Source of the DNA: Vitreimonas sp.
GTDB lineage: Bacteria > Patescibacteriota > Microgenomatia > UBA1400 > PJMF01
Assembly: GCA_035627515.1 (NCBI GenBank)
Contig: DASPLQ010000012.1
Coordinates: 135,269-199,268 of the forward strand
Length of the DNA stretch: 64,000 nt
Reading direction: 5' to 3'
The notes under the pieces were generated by a model. That model saw nothing but the letters and a program-made list of their open reading frames with translations. It was not told the origin of the DNA and made no database searches. The position numbers and the translations under genes were made by a program. Shown here one piece after another: positions 19,732-26,196 of the stretch (position 1 is its first letter; the number at the start of each line of letters is the position of its first letter).

Positions 19732-19781
19732 AATATGTTATTGTATTAACATATTGACATACAAATATTTCCAATTATAAT
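19732..19781 (+). promoter_or_regulatory. Sigma70 promoter with overlapping palindromic operator
   Basis: TTGACA (19754)-16 nt-TATAAT (19776); inverted repeat AATATGTTA-N6-TAACATATT at 19732-19755. Confidence 0.85.
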
Positions 19782-19788
19782 ACACTTC

Positions 19789-19863
19789 ATGGTCAAGATA
19801 ACTAGTTCATCAATTGTTCATCATCACTCCCCTCTTTTCGCCGCGGGAGTTATTTTCGTATAA
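19789..19863 (+). CDS. His leader peptide MVKITSSSIVHHHSPLFAAGVIFV (probably leaderless)
   Basis: ATG 7 nt after TATAAT; CAT CAT CAC at 19819-19827; followed by attenuator. Confidence 0.8.
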   Translation: MVKITSSSIVHHHSPLFAAGVIFV

Positions 19864-19884
19864 AGTAAAATTAAAACACAGTAC

Positions 19885-19911
19885 ACCCCGCGCCGAGCGC
19901 GGGGTTTTTTT
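19885..19911 (+). terminator. Attenuator terminator
   Basis: ACCCCGCGC-CGA-GCGCGGGGT then a T tract; 5' arm can alternatively pair with CGCGGG(A)GT at 19842-19850. Confidence 0.88.
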
Positions 19912-19927
19912 GTGCTGGAAAGGAAAA

Positions 19928-21445
19928 ATGATTATAAAAATAACTGGTAAAAACTTAACTATTGAACAAGTTAAAGCTGTAGCTCGTGACGGAGCCCAAG
20001 TCAAAATTGATCCCGAAGCTCTTAAACAGGTCGGTAAGGGTCGGAAAATCTTGGAATCATATGTGGCACGAGGAGAAAAAATCTATGGTGTTACCACCGG
20101 CTTTGGTGATTTTTCCAAAGTCTTTATTTCTCCGGTTGATGCTGCGCAACTGCAAACAAATTTGATTTTGAGCCACAATGCTGGGGTAGGTGAGCCGGTG
20201 CCAGAAGATGTCGTCCGCGCTACCATGCTCGCTCGAGCCAATTTCTTAGCCAGCGGCATGTCTGGCTGTCGTCCAATAGTGGTGGAAACATTAGTAGCAG
20301 CTCTCAACAACGGCCTCTACCCCTTTGTTCCCCAAAAGGGTTCTGTTGGCGCCAGTGGCGACCTAGCACCGTTAGCAGCTTTGGCTGCATGTTTGATGGG
20401 ACAAGGTCAAGCACTTATTAATAACCAAAAGGTGCCCTCTGTAGTGGCTTTACAAAAAATTGGCCTCCAACCCCTAGAACTGTCTTTTAAAGAAGGATTG
20501 GCATTGATTAATGGCGATACTTTGATGGTAGGTTATGCTGCCCTTCTGGTCTATGACGCACAACAACTATGCAAACTCTCGGACCTGGCAGTGAGCATGA
20601 CTCTTGAAAGCATTGTGGGCGTGATGGAAGCCTTTGATGACCGCTTACAAACCGCCCGCGGCTTTAAAGGCCAAGTACAAGCCGCTCAGAATATTCGCAC
20701 TCTCACTACTGGCAGTCAAATTCTCAACGGAGATCGTCAACGCATACAAGATAGTTATGTTATTCGATGTAGTCCAGTTATTCTCGGCGCTTCCCGCGAA
20801 GCCGTTGAGTTTGTGCGCCGTCAAACTGAGCTTGAGCTCAACGGAGCTTGCGACAACCCACTGGTATTTTTGGATGATGAAGTGGTGTTAGCCGGTGGCA
20901 ATTTTCATGGTCAACCGCTAGCTCTTCCGCTCGATTTTTTAAAGGTAGCAGTTTCGGAGCTTGCTAGCTCTTCAGAACGCCGCATGGAACGAATGCTCAA
21001 CAAGACATATTCTGGCTTACCAGCATTTTTAATTGAAAATGGTGGTCTAAACTCAGGCTTGATGGTGCCTCAATATACCGCTGCAGGCTTGATTAACCTT
21101 AATAAGGGCTTGAGCTGGCCTAATAGTGTGGATTCCACTCCGCTCTGCGCAGGCCAAGAAGACCACGTCTCGATGGGCACTAACTCAGCTCTCACAGCCT
21201 TTGAGGTTATTCAAAACACTCAATACGTAATAGCCATCGAACTCCTCATTGCTGCTCAGGCTTTGGAATTTCGCGAGCAACTGCCGAGCCCTGTCATTCA
21301 AAAAGTGAAAGCTTTGATCAGATCTAAAGTTCCCAAACTCACCCAGGACACTTCCTTGAACCCTGCCATTGAGATTCTGAGAGCTTGGGTCAAAGACGAA
21401 AAAATTATGAGGGTAATTGAAGTAGAGATTGGACCTTTGTTATGA
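19928..21445 (+). CDS. hutH: Histidine ammonia-lyase (MIO-dependent)
   Basis: Start moved to ATG 19928 (AAGGA RBS); YGVTTGFG, LILSH (HAL-type SH), SVGASGDLAPL (MIO), GGNFHG, QEDHVSM. Confidence 0.92.
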   Translation: MIIKITGKNLTIEQVKAVARDGAQVKIDPEALKQVGKGRKILESYVARGEKIYGVTTGFGDFSKVFISPVDAAQLQTNLILSHNAGVGEPVPEDVVRATMLARANFLASGMSGCRPIVVETLVAALNNGLYPFVPQKGSVGASGDLAPLAALAACLMGQGQALINNQKVPSVVALQKIGLQPLELSFKEGLALINGDTLMVGYAALLVYDAQQLCKLSDLAVSMTLESIVGVMEAFDDRLQTARGFKGQVQAAQNIRTLTTGSQILNGDRQRIQDSYVIRCSPVILGASREAVEFVRRQTELELNGACDNPLVFLDDEVVLAGGNFHGQPLALPLDFLKVAVSELASSSERRMERMLNKTYSGLPAFLIENGGLNSGLMVPQYTAAGLINLNKGLSWPNSVDSTPLCAGQEDHVSMGTNSALTAFEVIQNTQYVIAIELLIAAQALEFREQLPSPVIQKVKALIRSKVPKLTQDTSLNPAIEILRAWVKDEKIMRVIEVEIGPLL

Positions 21446-22482
21446 AAAGGTATCAAGTTTGTTGTGCTGAATGCTCAGGTATCTATGAGGATCAGTGGTG
21501 GCTTTGCCCCAACTGTAACGGTAGTTTAATTATTCGTTACAACTCAGTGGAGGTTAAACCACAACTCCCAGCTTCCCTTTCTCTAGTCGACAAGTTAGGT
21601 GAAGGTCAAACTCCTCTCATATTTCTGGATTCACTTTCTCGCCAGTTGGGAGCACATATTTGGGCGAAGTGTGAGTTTCAAAACCCCACAGGTTCATTCA
21701 AAGATCGGGGCTCTGTAGTGGAAATAGCTAAAGCACTAGAGCTAAACAAAGCAGGTGTAGTTTGCGCTTCAACCGGCAACATGGCTGCTAGCTTAGCCGC
21801 CTATGCTGCCCGTAACCAACTCAAGTGTGTGGTGGTTGTGCCAGCCACCACCCCTGAGTCAAAACTGCAACAAGCGGTGGCATATGGAGCGTATCTGGAA
21901 ACCGTAGATGGTACCTATGATGATTGTGTGGCACACGCTCAAGGCTTAGCGATAAAGGGTAATTATTTTCTATGTGGAGACTACGTACTCAGGCGCGAGG
22001 GTCAAAAAAGCCTAGGGTGGGAACTAACAGGTAAAGCCTTTAGTGATATCGTCGTTCCTGTGGGTAATGGCACAGTGGGAATAGCAGTGATGCAAGGTTT
22101 AAGTGAGGCTGAGCCTTCTACGATGGCACGTTTCGTGGGTGTGCAAGCCATTACTGCTAATCCCATTGCTCAAGCCTGGCAAACAAAAACAACCATTAAG
22201 CCTCAACACAGTACTCTGACTATTGCTTCTGCTTTCAATGTGGGAAATCCACTCGATGGTAATTTGACGCTTCAATGGTTAGCTAAAACTGCGGGAACAA
22301 TGACAACGGTGAGCGATCAAGAAATTATTGCTGCTCAACAATTACTTGCTCAAACTGAAGGTTTATATGTAGAAAGTGCAGCTGCCAGCACAGTCGCTGC
22401 TCTTTTCAAAATGAGATCACAACTCAGTAATAAAAAAATAGCCCTGATTTTAACAGGCAGTGGGTTGAAGGAAAGGAGGTGA
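21442..22482 (+). CDS. Threonine synthase-like PLP enzyme with N-terminal Zn ribbon
   Basis: CxxC..CxxC, LGEGQTP, NPTGSFKDRG, ASTGN, PVGNG, LTGSGLK; ATGA overlap with hutH. Confidence 0.88.
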   Translation: MKRYQVCCAECSGIYEDQWWLCPNCNGSLIIRYNSVEVKPQLPASLSLVDKLGEGQTPLIFLDSLSRQLGAHIWAKCEFQNPTGSFKDRGSVVEIAKALELNKAGVVCASTGNMAASLAAYAARNQLKCVVVVPATTPESKLQQAVAYGAYLETVDGTYDDCVAHAQGLAIKGNYFLCGDYVLRREGQKSLGWELTGKAFSDIVVPVGNGTVGIAVMQGLSEAEPSTMARFVGVQAITANPIAQAWQTKTTIKPQHSTLTIASAFNVGNPLDGNLTLQWLAKTAGTMTTVSDQEIIAAQQLLAQTEGLYVESAAASTVAALFKMRSQLSNKKIALILTGSGLKERR

Positions 22483-22487
22483 TATAT

Positions 22488-22685
22488 ATGACAGAAAGAA
22501 TTATTTTTATTGACCGCATTCCCGATGGGGGCGCGCCAGTCATTACTAATGCTGCTGAGTTAGCTTACTTACTCGAAGAGCTAGCAGAAGACGCGACAGC
22601 ATCGGCTACCCAACCTCTCCCCCGCTTTATTGGAGAAGGTATAGGTGCACCGGAGTTTAAGGTGAAAGCGCCTAACGAGAAATAA
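22488..22685 (+). CDS. Small acidic protein (65 aa)
   Basis: Strong AAGGAGGTGA RBS overlapping the upstream stop; MTERIIFIDRIPDGG.. Confidence 0.7.
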   Translation: MTERIIFIDRIPDGGAPVITNAAELAYLLEELAEDATASATQPLPRFIGEGIGAPEFKVKAPNEK

Positions 22686-22758
22686 TTTTCTCAAGCCGGG
22701 AGCTTGATCACCTCCCGGCAGGGATCTCTAACAGTGTTACAATCAAAAAAGCCAAGCT

Positions 22759-22893
22759 ATGCCAGCCTCCCTCACTATTCTCTATCCGCTTCATCCAGAT
22801 CGCTGGACAGAATATAAAGCTTTGCGCTTGGAAAAAGAGTTGAATATGAATGGGCAGTTCTATGACTCAGTGTTAATGGAGTTATTTATATGA
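22759..22893 (+). pseudogene. Internally deleted GNAT remnant (44 aa)
   Basis: MPASLTILYPLHPDRWTEYKALRLE joined to KELNMNGQFYDSVLMELFI, matching both termini of the GNAT at 18197; ATGA overlap with the next gene. Confidence 0.65.
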
Positions 22894-23894
22894 AGGTGGT
22901 CGAGAAACTAAGTGACGCAGAAAAAATTCGTGACTTAACCACAAGAGAACGTGAGTTGGGTTTAAAAATTTTGCAGACTAACCTTGCCTACCAACCCGGC
23001 GAGCGAATCCTGATCGTGACTGACACTCAGAAGCGTGATCAGGCGGCTGCGGTGTGGTTTGAGTCGGCTAAATTGTTACCCAAGCTCGGTGGTTTAGAAC
23101 TAATCACCATCGATGACATGCTGATCAATGGTGAAGAGCCACCAGCTGAAGTGATTGCAGCGGGCAAAACAGCTCACATTTTATTGCTTCACACCACCAA
23201 GTCTTTGACCCATACCGGTGTCAGCAAGACCGCTCGTGCTGGCGGGGCTAAGGTGGCTAGTTTGCCTGGTGTGTCATATGAAATTATGATGCAGACTTTG
23301 ACGTTAGAATATCAGCCCATTCGCGAGCTCGGTGAGCAACTTAAAGCTGTGGTAGAAAAAGGCACCACGCTGACGGTTACTTCTCCAGCTGGGACGCACC
23401 TGACCGCTAACATCCGGCAAAACTGGGTGGAAAATGACTGCGGCTTTGTGGCGCCAGGTGAGATCACCAATTTACCCGCCGGCGAGATCTTTTTTGCCCC
23501 TCTCGAAGGGACCACCACTGGGACCTGGGTGGTAGATGGCTCGATTGCCAGTGACACGCTTGATGAGCCGATTGTGATTACCATTGAGGCTGGCCGGGCG
23601 GTGAATATTGAGGGTGGCGCCGCAGCCGGGAGGCTGCAAGCCACCCTAGAAAAAGTAGGACCACTGGCGTTTAGTGTCGCTGAAATTGGCATTGGTACCA
23701 ATAGCTCCGCGTCAGGAACGGCATCATTGATTGAAGCCGAAAAAGCTGCCGGCACTGCCCATCTCGCCCTCGGCAACAACAGCGTCATTGGTGGCAGCAT
23801 CAACGTCCCCGTTCATATCGATGGTGTGACGCTCTCACCTACTATCGCAGTCGATGGTCGAATCATCTTAGAAAATCAACGTTTTATCATTTAA
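22890..23894 (+). CDS. Aminopeptidase (thermophilic metalloprotease M29-like)
   Basis: GEEPP, SLTHT, NLPAGEIF, AEIGIGTN, EAEK..GTAHLALG, HIDG. Confidence 0.9.
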   Translation: MKVVEKLSDAEKIRDLTTRERELGLKILQTNLAYQPGERILIVTDTQKRDQAAAVWFESAKLLPKLGGLELITIDDMLINGEEPPAEVIAAGKTAHILLLHTTKSLTHTGVSKTARAGGAKVASLPGVSYEIMMQTLTLEYQPIRELGEQLKAVVEKGTTLTVTSPAGTHLTANIRQNWVENDCGFVAPGEITNLPAGEIFFAPLEGTTTGTWVVDGSIASDTLDEPIVITIEAGRAVNIEGGAAAGRLQATLEKVGPLAFSVAEIGIGTNSSASGTASLIEAEKAAGTAHLALGNNSVIGGSINVPVHIDGVTLSPTIAVDGRIILENQRFII

Positions 23895-23916
23895 AATACA
23901 CATACTTAAGGAATCT

Positions 23917-25158
23917 ATGCAAAATCAAGTTCAAACTTTAAAAGGCTTCCGGGATCTCTTGCCTGCTGACAAGCGCAAGCGCGATTACGTAGCCGCTAAA
24001 ATCAAAACTGTCTTTGAACGCTTCGGCTTCGAACCACTCGAAACGCCGACCTTGGAATATGCCTCGCTATTGCTCGGCAAGTATGGTGAAGAAGCTGATA
24101 AACTTGTTTACACTTTTGAAGATCGTGGTGAGCGCCAAATTGGGTTGCGCTACGACCAAACCGTGCCCACTGCCCGCGTGCTGGCTCAATATCAAAATGA
24201 TCTCCCCCGTTACTTCCGCCGTTATCAAATCCAAAATGTCTTCCGCGCCGACAAGCCACAAAAAGGTCGCTTCCGTGAGTTTACACAATGTGACTGCGAC
24301 ATTTTTGGCAGTACCGCCTCCCTCGCTGATGCAGAAATTTTAGCCGTTTATTATGCTGTCTATAAAGACCTCGGTATCACTTCCATTCAAATTCAAATCA
24401 ATGATCGTCAAACATTGCTGTCTACTTTATCGCCTTTTGCTACCGACCAAGTTTCGGTTTTTTCACTAGTTCAGTCGATCGACAAATTAGACAAACAAAC
24501 AGCCGATGAAGTCGCTACCGAACTAACAGCGAAAGGACTGAGTCTAGAAGCTTCCAAACAAGTTTTGTCCGAAATTGAAAAAGCTGACATGTCAGCTAAT
24601 TTAAGTGAAATTGTCGACAATGCTATCAAACTCGGTGTAGCTCGCGAAGCACTCGTCTTTAACCCGAAATTGGCACGTGGTTTGGATTATTATACCGGCT
24701 TGATTTTTGAAGGTCGGATTCCTGAATATGCCGTCGGTTCGGTAGGCGGCGGTGGCCGTTATGACAAATTAGTCGGCGAGTTATCCGGTTTAGAAATGCC
24801 GGCTGTGGGCTTTGGAATTGGCTTTGATCGAACGGTAGAAGCTGCTGATGAGCTCGGGCTGATCCCTGCTGAAAATATGGGGACGCAAGTTTTGGTAACT
24901 GTCTTTGATAACGCTTATCTCTCGGATTCTTTAACCACTGCCAACCAATTAAGAACCGCGGGTGTGAAAGTCGAGCTCTACCCTGCTGTAGATAAACTAG
25001 CCAAACAATTCAAACTCGCTGACCAAAAAAACATCCCTTGGGTGGTGATCATTGGAGAGGCTGAAGCGGCTGACAATAAAGTCACGCTGAAAAATATGAA
25101 GACTGGTGAGCAGCAATTGATGTCAATGGATGAAGTTGTCGGTTTGGTATTAGGATAG
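23917..25158 (+). CDS. hisS: Histidine--tRNA ligase
   Basis: LRYDQTVP, GRFREFTQCD, ARGLDYYTG, GGGRYD, GFGIGFDR. Confidence 0.98.
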   Translation: MQNQVQTLKGFRDLLPADKRKRDYVAAKIKTVFERFGFEPLETPTLEYASLLLGKYGEEADKLVYTFEDRGERQIGLRYDQTVPTARVLAQYQNDLPRYFRRYQIQNVFRADKPQKGRFREFTQCDCDIFGSTASLADAEILAVYYAVYKDLGITSIQIQINDRQTLLSTLSPFATDQVSVFSLVQSIDKLDKQTADEVATELTAKGLSLEASKQVLSEIEKADMSANLSEIVDNAIKLGVAREALVFNPKLARGLDYYTGLIFEGRIPEYAVGSVGGGGRYDKLVGELSGLEMPAVGFGIGFDRTVEAADELGLIPAENMGTQVLVTVFDNAYLSDSLTTANQLRTAGVKVELYPAVDKLAKQFKLADQKNIPWVVIIGEAEAADNKVTLKNMKTGEQQLMSMDEVVGLVLG

Positions 25159-25190
25159 GGTAGCTCTACCTTATCTCGTTAGCAAAATCC

Positions 25191-25238
25191 GTCATCTAAA
25201 GTTTACATTTTTTTATGAATGTGTAACTTTTAAATGAC
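25191..25238. repeat. 48-bp element with inverted ends, copy B (inverted relative to copy A)
   Basis: GTCATCTAAAG-N19-GTGTAACTTTTAAATGAC is the reverse complement of the pattern at 12887. Confidence 0.75.
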
Positions 25239-25581
25239 AATTTCTGGTGACAATACATGTGGCAAGCGACTAATTAAAAGCGCTTTTCCTCTTAAGGTAA
25301 GTGACAACTTATGTCATTGTGTCAGTGAGAGAGTCTTTTGTTGAGCTCATGTTTTTTCCCTTGTATGAATATTGGCAAAAATCATACAAACTCAAGAAAG
25401 TTCACTTCTTGAGCAGCACTATCAAACAAAAAAGATAAGCCCCTTTTTGAGCGCCTATTAATGAACCTTCTTAAAAGGCCTTTCAGTTATCCGCCTCGCC
25501 TTAGCTCTTACTGCGATTATCAACAAAAATGCCACATGTCACAAGAAGTTTAGTTTTTGATAGAGATGTGGTGACTAGCCC

Positions 25582-26196
25582 CTACCTCTTAAAGTACTCT
25601 ACTTTGTAGAAATCAATCCCCGCCGCTTGGGCGGCACCGGCGTCAGCGGAGCTATCACCAATCATCAAAAAGTCTTCCAGGCTAATATCCTTATTAGCCC
25701 CTACTTCATCTGCCACTTCTTCAAAAATTAACTCAAAGCCATCAGGCACCGGTTTCACAAACTGGACCATATTTTTGCTGATTACAGCCTGAAAATACTG
25801 CGCCAGATCTTCTTTACGTAAGACGCGGTTAATCGTATCGGTACAGTTGGATGACCATACAAAGCAAGTATAGGCTTGGCTAGCGGTGCGAATAAACTCA
25901 ATCAATTCAGGATTAACGGTATAACCCTCATCATACTCGCGCTCAAACTCCTCTGCCCACTCCATGCTTGGTTCATGGACGATTTCGCCAAATTTCTCCA
26001 CAAAAATATTCACCAAACTCATCACATTCATCTCTTTGGTCTTCATATTCACCAGCTCAGGATCAAATTTTTTCAAAATCTCTAATTGCCGCTCAATGAA
26101 AATCCCCCACGGCAAATGTAACTTGGCGATAGTTTCATCGAAATCAAAAATTAAATATTTTTTAGGCTGTGCCTTAAGGTGTTCGAGTAATGACAT
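25582..26196 (-). CDS. HAD family hydrolase
   Basis: FDFDET, KPVPDG, IGDSSADAGAA. Confidence 0.9.
   Translation of the reverse strand: MSLLEHLKAQPKKYLIFDFDETIAKLHLPWGIFIERQLEILKKFDPELVNMKTKEMNVMSLVNIFVEKFGEIVHEPSMEWAEEFEREYDEGYTVNPELIEFIRTASQAYTCFVWSSNCTDTINRVLRKEDLAQYFQAVISKNMVQFVKPVPDGFELIFEEVADEVGANKDISLEDFLMIGDSSADAGAAQAAGIDFYKVEYFKR

Noticed and set aside
19814-19927. N-terminal extension of hutH in the ORF track
   Set aside because: It spans the leader peptide and terminator; ATG 19928 has an RBS and matches the HAL N-terminus
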